Source: Candidatus Desulfofervidaceae bacterium
GTDB taxonomy: Bacteria > Desulfobacterota > Desulfofervidia > Desulfofervidales > Desulfofervidaceae
DNA: 64,000 nt
Assembly (NCBI GenBank): GCA_030262855.1
Contig: JAJSZL010000002.1
Location: forward strand, 1,234 to 65,233
Direction of reading: 5' to 3'
This document shows, one piece after another, positions 27,960 to 36,696 of this stretch. A model generated the notes under the pieces. That model searched no databases. It saw nothing but the letters and a program-made list of their open reading frames with translations, and was not told where the DNA came from. Each line of letters opens with the position of its first letter. The first letter of the stretch is position 1. The position numbers and the translations under genes were made by a program.

Positions 27960-29498
27960 CTAATTACTATTCGCTACTTGAGGATGCCATTCTTCTTTAA
28001 TGATGCGCCAGTCCTTTTGCCATTTTTCCAAATAAAGACACTTCTCCCCTTCGTCTTCGTGTTTATCATCTCGATAATACTGATGAAAACATGCAATTGT
28101 CATCTTGCCTGTGTGATTAATTCTCAAGTCCTTGATCTCTATTTTGATATTATTTCGTTTAGAAAAAATCCTTTGTTTCCAGGCCAACCATGCCTTCAAA
28201 TCCATTTCCTGACTATAAAATCTAGGACTATAACAAGCTGCATAGGCAGCCAAATCTTCATGTTGCCAATAGTTACGCCATTTCTGAATAAAGTCTTTAA
28301 TACTCGTATCTGAAGAAATTTTTGTAGATAGAGGTTTAACTAAAGACAATTTGGTTTTAATTTGATTACCTAAATGAGGATTTAAGGCAAGCACCCGTTC
28401 ATACTCCTGGCGGGCCAGGTCATATTTTCCCATAGCTTCAAAAGTCAGGCCCAAACCATAGTGAATTTGATAATCGTCTTTTAGGGCAAGGGCCTTTTTA
28501 AAGGCACCCATTGCCTTCTCATATTGACCCAGTTGGTAGTAAGTTAAACCCAAATAATGATGGACATAAGCCTGTTCTGGCAAAGCAACAGCCGCTTTTT
28601 TTAACACAGAAAGGGCTTTTATATATTTTTTTAACAAGTAATAAATTTCACCTAAAGTATAATAAATTTCTTTCTTTTCTGGTGCTAAGGCTAAAGCAAT
28701 CTCATAGTTCCGGGCAGCCTTTTCCAATTGTCCATCTTCTTTGGCCATCTGAGCCTGGTGGATAAAAAAAGAAACACCATACTCCTCGTCCAGCCCGGCA
28801 GCCAAACGATACTCGGCTATAGCTTTATTAAAATCGCCTTCCTCTTGATAAAGTTTACCTAGAAGAAAATGTGCCCTGGCACTCTTAGGGTTTACCTGAA
28901 GGATACGTTCATACTCTGCCCGGAGCTCTTCGTTTGTAGGATTTTGCTGATAAAGCTGTTGATACTCTATTATCGCCTTTCCTACATAAAGACGCGCTAG
29001 ATTAAAGCGAGCTATGCTGTAATCAGGCTTTATTTCAATGGCCTTTTTAAAAACGGCCTCAGCCTGCTCAGTCTGACCCTGCACCCAGTAAATCACCCCT
29101 AAAGTATTATAGGCCTTCACTTCGTGAGGGAAATCTTTGATAATTGTCTTTAAATGTAAAATGGCCTTATCATATTCTTTTTTATCAATATATGCCCGAA
29201 TAAGATTATACCGTGCGGTAAGGAAATTAGGATTTAAAGAAAGGGCCTTAAGCCACAGTTTTACTGCTTTATCTAGCTCGCCTATTTTCACATAAACCAT
29301 GCCTAAATCATTATATACTTCTACCGCCTTTGGTGCTTGGGTAAGGATTTTTTCAAAGACACGCTGGGCTTGCTTATATTGACCTGCTTGGAAATAAGTC
29401 AGGCCCACCTGGCGGTCTTTTTCTAAAGCAGGGGTAAGGGCATAACTAAAAATAGACCAAAAACTCAAAAAAAACAGGCAAGATAAAATACGTTTCAT
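27960..29498 (-). CDS. secreted multi-TPR protein (PilF/PilW-like candidate) with the same C-terminal NTF2/SnoaL-like module
   Basis: 512 aa with a signal peptide and about 10 TPR repeats. C-terminal FIQKWRNYWQHEDLAAYAACYSPRF...WRIIKEEW. Confidence 0.75.
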   Translation of the reverse strand: MKRILSCLFFLSFWSIFSYALTPALEKDRQVGLTYFQAGQYKQAQRVFEKILTQAPKAVEVYNDLGMVYVKIGELDKAVKLWLKALSLNPNFLTARYNLIRAYIDKKEYDKAILHLKTIIKDFPHEVKAYNTLGVIYWVQGQTEQAEAVFKKAIEIKPDYSIARFNLARLYVGKAIIEYQQLYQQNPTNEELRAEYERILQVNPKSARAHFLLGKLYQEEGDFNKAIAEYRLAAGLDEEYGVSFFIHQAQMAKEDGQLEKAARNYEIALALAPEKKEIYYTLGEIYYLLKKYIKALSVLKKAAVALPEQAYVHHYLGLTYYQLGQYEKAMGAFKKALALKDDYQIHYGLGLTFEAMGKYDLARQEYERVLALNPHLGNQIKTKLSLVKPLSTKISSDTSIKDFIQKWRNYWQHEDLAAYAACYSPRFYSQEMDLKAWLAWKQRIFSKRNNIKIEIKDLRINHTGKMTIACFHQYYRDDKHEDEGEKCLYLEKWQKDWRIIKEEWHPQVANSN

Positions 29499-29582
29499 GA
29501 GTTTTTTTTAACCAAAAAAGGTGGGGTTGGCAAGAATGTCTGCAGAAGGCTGCGTCCTGATTTTATAATTTCTCAAATTCCA

Positions 29583-29621
29583 ACAAATTTTGTCGTTCAA
29601 ATGACAAAATTTGTCAATTTT
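29583..29621 (+). promoter_or_regulatory. candidate enhancer (UAS): perfect 10-bp inverted repeat plus a third half-site
   Basis: AAATTTTGTC (29585-29594), an 8-nt spacer, then GACAAAATTT (29603-29612), followed by an overlapping TTTGTCA. Lies 71-110 nt upstream of the -24 element. Homologous to 14582-14620. Confidence 0.6.
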
Positions 29622-29691
29622 AGAAGAGGTAAAGGGCATTATTTAAAGCTGGCCTTCTCACAAGTTCCGAAACATTCAAATTTTTCCAAAA

Positions 29692-29707
29692 TGGCACATT
29701 TTTTGCT
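29692..29707 (+). promoter_or_regulatory. sigma-54 (-24/-12) promoter of the cytochrome operon
   Basis: TGGCACATTTTTTGCT is an exact match to TGGCAC-N5-TTGCT. It sits about 135 nt upstream of ATG 29843, which has an AAGGAGGT RBS. Confidence 0.8.
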
Positions 29708-29842
29708 CCTTTGTTAAATAGGGAGAGTTGGGTTGTAAAATGGTAAGAAATAATTTGACAAAATATTTTATAATTGACATTTTAAGCATAAATGATTATT
29801 TTTTAAAAAAGGGTTAAGGTTTAAGAAAGGAGGTAAATAGAA

Positions 29843-30982
29843 ATGCGAAAATGGAGTTTAATTCTGGTGCTTATTGTAGGGTTAGTTGGCCTTTATGGGG
29901 TGGCACAGGCAAAGGTAAGCGGCCCGTGTGCAAATTGTCATACCATGCATTATAGTCAAAGTCCTTGGCCTTCGGAGTGGCCATCAAGTTCACCCTCAGG
30001 GGTGTCTGGTCCTTATAAAGCATTAACTACTAGCGACTGTGTCGGCTGTCATAGTGGAAGTAGCGCAACAAAAGCAGGTGGCACTATTCCAGTAGTAAAT
30101 ATGACAACAAAACCTACTGGTACTGGTCCAGAAAAATCTTTAGCTGGTGGTAATTTTTATTGGGTAGCTACAAATGGTGGTAATGATTCCACGAAGGGAC
30201 ATAATGTAAAGTATCTAGCTGCGGTGGATTCAAATCTTAATTATGACCCACCTGGTTGGGATCCAAATGCTACGAGTGGTTTTACCTTTGGTCAGGTGGC
30301 TGGTGGAGCAGCTAATTGGGGAAGCAATCAACTGACCTGTGCTGGTACCTACGGTTGCCACGGCGACCACAGCCAAGCAGATGACTTTGCGGCTATTTAT
30401 GGCTCACACCATACTGACGACAGTGTGCTTAAAGCCGCTACGCTAGACGAAACTGCTCAGGGAACAAGTGTAGGAACAAGCTATAGATTTTTGGCCGGTA
30501 TTCATGGTATTGAAGACTCTGATTGGGAATATTCTGCTACAGATGGTACCACCGATCACAACGAATACAAAGGAGCTAGTTCAAATCAAGATTATGCGGA
30601 TAAAACTACCATCAGTTATCTCTGTGCCGAGTGCCATGGTTACTTTCACAGTGAAATCGGTGGCACTTCTCATCCATGGTTAAGACACCCGACTGATATT
30701 GTCTTGCCGGCTGCTGGTGAATACCAATATTATAATGGAAACACTACTGGCGGTGGGAGTGCTAGTGATTATAGCATTGTAGCTCCTGTTGGAATGGCAA
30801 CTTTATCTTCCCGCTCAACTGCTACTCCTGGTACAAGTGATGCAATTGTCCTTTGTATCTCCTGTCATCGGGCTCACGGCTCAGAGTATCCCGATTTGTT
30901 AAGATGGGATTACAGCACAATGGAAGCTGGCGGAGGAGCTGGCAATGTGGGTTGCTTCATCTGCCATACGCAGAAGGATTAA
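29843..30982 (+). CDS. secreted OmcS-family multihaem c-type cytochrome (5 CXXCH + 1 CX5CH)
   Basis: Sec signal ending AQA. Haem motifs are CANCH, CVGCH, CAGTYGCH, CAECH, CISCH and CFICH. The blocks CxxCHTMH, GGNFYWV, KGHN, LRHP, CISCHRAHGS and C-terminal CHTQKD parallel my recollection of Geobacter OmcS (CEGCHTMHN, GGDFGWV, KGHNI, LRHP, CLSCHRAHAS, CNKCHAKD). Confidence 0.8.
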   Translation: MRKWSLILVLIVGLVGLYGVAQAKVSGPCANCHTMHYSQSPWPSEWPSSSPSGVSGPYKALTTSDCVGCHSGSSATKAGGTIPVVNMTTKPTGTGPEKSLAGGNFYWVATNGGNDSTKGHNVKYLAAVDSNLNYDPPGWDPNATSGFTFGQVAGGAANWGSNQLTCAGTYGCHGDHSQADDFAAIYGSHHTDDSVLKAATLDETAQGTSVGTSYRFLAGIHGIEDSDWEYSATDGTTDHNEYKGASSNQDYADKTTISYLCAECHGYFHSEIGGTSHPWLRHPTDIVLPAAGEYQYYNGNTTGGGSASDYSIVAPVGMATLSSRSTATPGTSDAIVLCISCHRAHGSEYPDLLRWDYSTMEAGGGAGNVGCFICHTQKD

Positions 30983-31051
30983 TCGGATCAACAATATGAA
31001 AGTAAAAAGCCCGGTATCCCCCGGACTTTTTTAAACTTCAGGGTGTAAAAA

Positions 31052-32107
31052 ATGATGTCGAGCAGAAACTATAATCTTCGGATTTTCGGCTTGTTTTTAG
31101 GACTAATCTTTCTTTTTCCTCTCTTTGTTCATGCCAGGGTTACGGGCGTGTGTTCAAACTGTCATACCATGCATTATAGTCAAAATGGAGGACAACTTAG
31201 CTCATGGGGTAGCAATGGACCTTATCGGGCCTTATTAGTCAATGACTGTGTGGGCTGTCACACAGGCACAAATACTGGCAGTAATACTACACCTTATGTC
31301 TTTTCTGAAAGTGAACCAACTTATGGAACAAATACCCTTGCAGGTGGAAATTTTTATTGGGTAGCTCATGGGTGTGATGAATGTGGTCACAATGTAACTG
31401 CTATTCCTGGTGTAAATCAAGATAGCAATTTTACTCAAACTCCTGGTTTTGTGAGTGGTAAAACCTGCAGTAGTTGTCATGGTAGTGGCAATATGGTACT
31501 TACTAAATGTGTCTTTTGTCATAATCCAAAACATCATGCAGATGATAGTGGCCCAGTTGTAGGTGATGATGAAGAGGTTAAGTATAGGTTTTTAAGCCTT
31601 GACTTTTTCCACCCATCTACTTTTCAGGAAGGTACATATAATTTTTATGGGGTTGCAGGTATAGAAGATGATGATTGGGAATATACTGTAAGTTCAAGTG
31701 ACCATAATGAATATTGTGGTGCTACTAGTTCAGAGGATTATTCAGATGCTTCTCATTCTATAAGTAGATTTTGTGCTGCCTGTCATTGGGGATTTTATGG
31801 AGAGAATACCGGGCATTGGAAAAGGCATCCATCAGATTATGCCTTACCAAATAGTGGTGAATATGCAAATTATACAACATATAATCCTTTAGCTCCTATA
31901 GCTAGACTTGAAAGCACTTTAACAGGTATGACAGGACCAAGCTCAACTGTAACACCAGGACAGGACCAAGTTTCCTGTCTTTCCTGCCATCGTCCACACG
32001 GCTCACCCTATCCAGATATGTTGCGTTGGGACTATAACACCTGTCAGGCTGGCACAGCTAATTCTAATTGCGGTTGTTTTGTCTGTCATACAAAGAAAGA
32101 TGAATAA
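31052..32107 (+). CDS. secreted OmcS-family multihaem c-type cytochrome paralogue (7 CXXCH)
   Basis: Signal peptide ending VHA. Haem motifs are CSNCH, CVGCH, CSSCH, CVFCH, CAACH, CLSCH and CFVCH. It shares with the upstream paralogue the blocks CHTMHYSQ, GPY.AL...DCVGCH, LAGGNFYWVA, GIEDDDWEY, DHNEY, RHP.D, SCHR.HGS.YPD.LRWDY and CHT.KD. Confidence 0.8.
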   Translation: MMSSRNYNLRIFGLFLGLIFLFPLFVHARVTGVCSNCHTMHYSQNGGQLSSWGSNGPYRALLVNDCVGCHTGTNTGSNTTPYVFSESEPTYGTNTLAGGNFYWVAHGCDECGHNVTAIPGVNQDSNFTQTPGFVSGKTCSSCHGSGNMVLTKCVFCHNPKHHADDSGPVVGDDEEVKYRFLSLDFFHPSTFQEGTYNFYGVAGIEDDDWEYTVSSSDHNEYCGATSSEDYSDASHSISRFCAACHWGFYGENTGHWKRHPSDYALPNSGEYANYTTYNPLAPIARLESTLTGMTGPSSTVTPGQDQVSCLSCHRPHGSPYPDMLRWDYNTCQAGTANSNCGCFVCHTKKDE

Positions 32108-32133
32108 ATGAGGTAAACTTCTCATTTTAAAAA

Positions 32134-32168
32134 GGCGGTAGGCAAAATTTTCATGCCTGCTGCCTTTT
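32134..32168 (+). terminator. rho-independent terminator after the cytochrome operon
   Basis: GGCGGTAGGCA / loop / TGCCTGCTGCC forms an 11-bp stem (2 G-U pairs) followed by TTTT. Confidence 0.6.
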
Positions 32169-32344
32169 AATTTTGCATTAATATCAAAGGATAAACCTTA
32201 AATATCAAATCAATCTAAAAGGATAAAGGCAGGTTAAAAGATTAGAAACTAAGGAACCGGAAAATTAAAGATTCCAAACCTCAATAATTATAGTCCCCTG
32301 AATAACATGTAAATTACTAATAATGGACAATCACTTCTAAGCAT

Positions 32345-35023
32345 TTAATATCCTGACTTTTGACTTCTGACTCCGGACTCCGTGTTTTTGACATTAGCAA
32401 TAATATCATAAACGGCTTTAAGGGCCTGAGGCAACTTGTCTGGCAATTTCCCTCCAGCCTGAGCCATATCAGGACGGCCACCACCCCCGCCACCGATGAC
32501 TGGGGCAATTTGTTTAATAATGTCTCCAGCCTTGATATGAGAGGTCAAATCCTTTGTCACCATCGCCAGTAACATGGCTTTCCCGTCAGCACGACTACCA
32601 AGCACAATAACACCACTTTTGAGTCTGTCCCTGAGTTTGTCACCCATCTCCCGTAAGGCCCTGGCATCAGCATCAGGTACTTCTGTCGCCAATACAGCTA
32701 TGTTATTAATATATTTTACGGCATCTAAAAGCTTCTCTGACTGTTTTGCTGTAAGTCGGGCCTTTAAAGTAGCAATTTCTTTTTCTTGAGTTTTGAGCTC
32801 CTGAAGAAGTTTTTCTACCCGAGAGAAAATATCTGCTGGTTTAACTTTTAATGCCCGTGCAAGTTTTTCCCATACCTGTTCTTTCTCCTGAACATATTGC
32901 ACCGCTGTCTCAGCCGTTACGGCCTCAATCCGACGCACCCCGGCAGCTACACCGGACTCAGAAAGAATCTTAAAATAGCCAATATCTCCTGTCCTTTTGA
33001 CATGAGTGCCTCCACAAAGTTCTTTACTCCACCCGGGAATAGAGACCACCCGGACCACATCTGCATATTTCTCTTCAAAAATAGCAATGGCTCCAGCCTT
33101 AATGGCATCCACCAGGGACATTTCTTGCACTTCTACTGGCTGATTATCACGTATGGCCTCATTGACCAACGTTTCTATCTTTTCCAGTGTGTCTGTATCC
33201 AAACTGGCAAAGTGAGTAAAATCAAAACGCAAACGTTCCGGAGCCACCAGTGATCCGGCTTGTTTAACATGGCTACCCAATATTTTCCTTAAAGCGGCTT
33301 GCAAAAGATGGGTGCTGGTGTGATTACAAGCAATTGCCTGACGCCTTCCGGCATCTACTTTTAAAGTAACTTCATCACCTAGATGAAACTCTCCTTCAGT
33401 TACCTCTACTAAATGCACCACCAGATTGCCAGCCTTTTGAGTATCAACTACACGTGCCCTGCCCTGTGGAGCAATAATGATACCCGTATCTCCTACCTGA
33501 CCGCCTGATTCACCATAAAAGGGTGTCTCTGCGACAACCAGCTCGCATTTATCGCCGGACTTAACACTTTTTATCTCTTCACCAGCTTTAATAAGATGAG
33601 TAATCTTAGAACGTGTCTCCAGGGTTTGATAACCTAAAAAAGCGGTTTTTTCTCCCTGATAGGTAAGGTCGGCATAAATATCAATACCACTAAGGAGATG
33701 ACCTGTGGCCTTTCTGGCCTCACGGGCACGACTTTTTTGTTGCGCCATAGCCCTTTCAAAGGCCAGCATGTCAACAGAAAGGTTCATTTCTTTGGTTATA
33801 TCATTGATAATATCTACAGGAAATCCATAAGTATCATAAAGTTTGAAGGCTATTTCTCCTGGCAAAACCTGAATGTGTTTTTGTTTAAGCTTTTCTATTT
33901 CTTCCGTTAAAAGTTTTAATCCAAAATCCAGGGTTTCTAAAAAGCGCTCTTCTTCCCTTTGTGTAATTTCCCTAATAAGAAGACGGACATCTTGAAGCTC
34001 TGGATAGACATTACCCATATAATCCACAACAATCTCTACCAAACGATATAAAAATGGCTCTTTAAGTCCAAGGGTACGCCCATAGCGGACGGCCCTTCTT
34101 AAAATACGACGGAGGACATATCCCCGGCCCTCGTTGGAAGGCAGAATTCCATCAGCGATAATAAAAGCAATTGCCCGGCTGTGGTCAGCAATGACCCGAA
34201 AGGAAAGGGCCTGAGGATGGTCGTGGGTATAGACAATACCCGTCATTTCCGCCAGCTTATCTAAAACAGGCCTGAATAAATCAGTTTCATAGTTTGACCT
34301 TACCCCCTGCATAACCATCGCGATTCTTTCTAACCCCATGCCTGTATCAATGCAGGGGTTGGGTAAAGGAGTAAGTTTTCCTTCGCTGTCACGGTTGTAT
34401 TGCATGAAAACAAGATTCCAGATCTCCAGATACCTATCACAATCACAGCCCACCGCGCATGCTGGACGATTACAACCGAACTCTTCGCCCAAATCGATGA
34501 GGATCTCTGAACAAGGGCCACAGGGACCGGTATCACCCATGGACCAGAAGTTATCCTTCTCGCCCATACGCACGATACGGTCAGTGGGAATACCTATTTT
34601 TTTGTGCCAGATATTATAAGCTTCGTCGTCGTCTTGAAAGACGGTAATCCACAGTTTCTCTTTAGGTAAACCAAATTCTTTTATCAAAAGTTCCCAGGCA
34701 AAGACAATTGCTTCTTCTTTAAAATAATCGCCAAAGGAAAAATTGCCTAACATTTCAAAGAAAGTATGATGACGAATGGTCTGCCCTACATTTTCCAAGT
34801 CATTATGTTTCCCACCGGCACGAAGGCACTTTTGACAACTGGTAGCACGGGTGTAACTGCGTTTTTCCTCACCCAAAAATACCCGCTTAAATTGCACCAT
34901 ACCTGCGTTGGTAAAAAGCAGTGTAGGATCTCCAGGGGGAATTAATGGGCAACTAGGTACAATGGTATGTCCCTGTCTTTTAAAATAATTAAGAAATCGC
35001 GCACGTATCTCCGAAGAAAGCAT
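32345..35023 (-). CDS. alaS: alanine--tRNA ligase
   Basis: 892 aa with a class II catalytic core, editing-domain HTSTHLL...CGGTH motifs and a C-terminal DHHA1-like GGGGGGRPDMAQAGG. Confidence 0.96.
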   Translation of the reverse strand: MLSSEIRARFLNYFKRQGHTIVPSCPLIPPGDPTLLFTNAGMVQFKRVFLGEEKRSYTRATSCQKCLRAGGKHNDLENVGQTIRHHTFFEMLGNFSFGDYFKEEAIVFAWELLIKEFGLPKEKLWITVFQDDDEAYNIWHKKIGIPTDRIVRMGEKDNFWSMGDTGPCGPCSEILIDLGEEFGCNRPACAVGCDCDRYLEIWNLVFMQYNRDSEGKLTPLPNPCIDTGMGLERIAMVMQGVRSNYETDLFRPVLDKLAEMTGIVYTHDHPQALSFRVIADHSRAIAFIIADGILPSNEGRGYVLRRILRRAVRYGRTLGLKEPFLYRLVEIVVDYMGNVYPELQDVRLLIREITQREEERFLETLDFGLKLLTEEIEKLKQKHIQVLPGEIAFKLYDTYGFPVDIINDITKEMNLSVDMLAFERAMAQQKSRAREARKATGHLLSGIDIYADLTYQGEKTAFLGYQTLETRSKITHLIKAGEEIKSVKSGDKCELVVAETPFYGESGGQVGDTGIIIAPQGRARVVDTQKAGNLVVHLVEVTEGEFHLGDEVTLKVDAGRRQAIACNHTSTHLLQAALRKILGSHVKQAGSLVAPERLRFDFTHFASLDTDTLEKIETLVNEAIRDNQPVEVQEMSLVDAIKAGAIAIFEEKYADVVRVVSIPGWSKELCGGTHVKRTGDIGYFKILSESGVAAGVRRIEAVTAETAVQYVQEKEQVWEKLARALKVKPADIFSRVEKLLQELKTQEKEIATLKARLTAKQSEKLLDAVKYINNIAVLATEVPDADARALREMGDKLRDRLKSGVIVLGSRADGKAMLLAMVTKDLTSHIKAGDIIKQIAPVIGGGGGGRPDMAQAGGKLPDKLPQALKAVYDIIANVKNTESGVRSQKSGY

Positions 35024-35035
35024 GTTTCCTCCAAC

Positions 35036-36082
35036 TTATTTTTTCTCCGAACTCTGCGTTGGTCTCGGTGGAGTTTCTGTCTTTTTTTCTTTAGACAATC
35101 CGCACTTCTCTTTAATCTTTCTTTCTACTTCTGCCATAATTTCAGGGTGTCCTTTTAAGTAGCGTTTGGCATTCTCGCGTCCTTGTCCCAAGCGCTCATT
35201 TTGGTAAGCATACCAGGCCCCACTTTTTTCTATTATGCCATAATTTACTCCTAAGTCCAGGATATTACCTTCTTTAGAAATTCCTTCACCATAGATAATA
35301 TCAAATTCTGCTTCTTTAAAAGGAGGAGCAATCTTATTTTTTACCACCTTTACCCGCGTTCTATTGCCAACCATTTGGTCTCCCTCCTTAATAGGACCAA
35401 TGCGGCGAATATCAATGCGCATGGTAGCATAAAATTTCAGGGCATTGCCACCGGTGGTAGTTTCAGGATTACCAACAAACATGCCAATTTTAGTCCGAAT
35501 CTGGTTGATAAAAATTAAAGCTGTCTGGGACTTACTCACAATCCCGGTAAGTTTACGGAGGGCCTGTGACATAAGTCGGGCCTGAAGCCCCATATGGGCA
35601 TCACCCATATCTCCCTCTAATTCTGCTTTAGGCACCAGGGCAGCTACTGAATCAACCACTACCACATCGACCGCTCCACTCCGCACCAATACTTCAGCTA
35701 TTTCCAGTGCCTGCTCACCATAATCTGGTTGAGAAACAAGAAGTTCATCTGTATTTACACCGAGTTTTTTCGCATAATGCACATCAAAGGCATGTTCGGC
35801 ATCAATAAAAGCAGCCACACCCCCCTGTTTTTGGGCTTCAGCAATAACATGAAGGGCAATCGTGGTCTTACCTGAAGACTCAGGACCAAATATTTCTACC
35901 ACCCGGCCTTTAGGTATCCCGCCTATCCCAGTGGCAATGTCTAAAGAAAGAGCTCCTGTAGGGATGACAGGAATATCAAAGGCTTGAGGTTGGCTACCAA
36001 GGCGCATAATCGCCCCTTTGCCAAATTGCCGTTCTATCTGGCCAATAGCGGTTTGCAAAACTTGCTGTTTTTGGTTACTCAT
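35036..36082 (-). CDS. recA: recombinase RecA
   Basis: 348 aa with Walker [10 protein letters not shown] and the canonical RecA L1/L2 regions. Confidence 0.97.
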   Translation of the reverse strand: MSNQKQQVLQTAIGQIERQFGKGAIMRLGSQPQAFDIPVIPTGALSLDIATGIGGIPKGRVVEIFGPESSGKTTIALHVIAEAQKQGGVAAFIDAEHAFDVHYAKKLGVNTDELLVSQPDYGEQALEIAEVLVRSGAVDVVVVDSVAALVPKAELEGDMGDAHMGLQARLMSQALRKLTGIVSKSQTALIFINQIRTKIGMFVGNPETTTGGNALKFYATMRIDIRRIGPIKEGDQMVGNRTRVKVVKNKIAPPFKEAEFDIIYGEGISKEGNILDLGVNYGIIEKSGAWYAYQNERLGQGRENAKRYLKGHPEIMAEVERKIKEKCGLSKEKKTETPPRPTQSSEKK

Positions 36083-36123
36083 TTAAATACTCCTTTAACT
36101 AGTTTTATTTTTTTATAATTATC

Positions 36124-36696
36124 TCATTCATTACCCATTCCCAGTTCCACCCTTTCTAAGGCCGTATATCTTGCCCCCTGTGGATGGAGGTTACTTTTAA
36201 ATAATACTATTTCTTTTACCGTAAAGGAAGAGGTAGAAAAAGCTTGATACCGCTGGATGGCCTCTAAAAGTAATTTAGAACTAGCCCCTGTCTTTATTCG
36301 GCCCAAGGTAAGATGGGGCTGGAAACGCCGTTTTTCTTCAGGAAAACCTATTTGAGCCAACCGCTTTTCCAAGGCAAAATATATTTTTTCCAATAAATCA
36401 GTTTCCCCACAAACTCCAGTCCATATTACCCGGGCACGTTTTACATTTGGAAACACACCTAAACCATGTCCTTGCAAGGAAAAGGAAGAAACATCTCTAC
36501 AACTTTCAACTATCACCCGCTTTATCTGGGTAATTTGGTCCTCCCGAATATTCCCTAGAAATTTAAGGGTTAAATGCATATTTTCAAGTTTTACCCAGTT
36601 AATTTTGGGGAAAATGGGCCTTAATGCCTGCACTAATCCAGCTAGGGCCTTTTTTACCTCTTCGGGCAAAGGAATAGCAATAAAACTCCTGATCAT
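36124..36696 (-). CDS. thpR: RNA 2',3'-cyclic phosphodiesterase (2H family)
   Basis: 190 aa with two HxT motifs, HLTLKF and HLTLGR. Confidence 0.85.
   Translation of the reverse strand: MIRSFIAIPLPEEVKKALAGLVQALRPIFPKINWVKLENMHLTLKFLGNIREDQITQIKRVIVESCRDVSSFSLQGHGLGVFPNVKRARVIWTGVCGETDLLEKIYFALEKRLAQIGFPEEKRRFQPHLTLGRIKTGASSKLLLEAIQRYQAFSTSSFTVKEIVLFKSNLHPQGARYTALERVELGMGNE

Noticed and set aside
29528-29543. A second sigma-54-like sequence, TGGCAAGAATGTCTGC.
   Set aside because: The GG-to-GC spacing is one nucleotide too long, and it lies about 300 nt from the cytochrome start with no obvious target.
31008-31032. Hairpin plus T-run between the two cytochrome genes as a terminator or attenuator.
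   Set aside because: The stem is only 4 bp (CCGG/CCGG), which is too weak to call.
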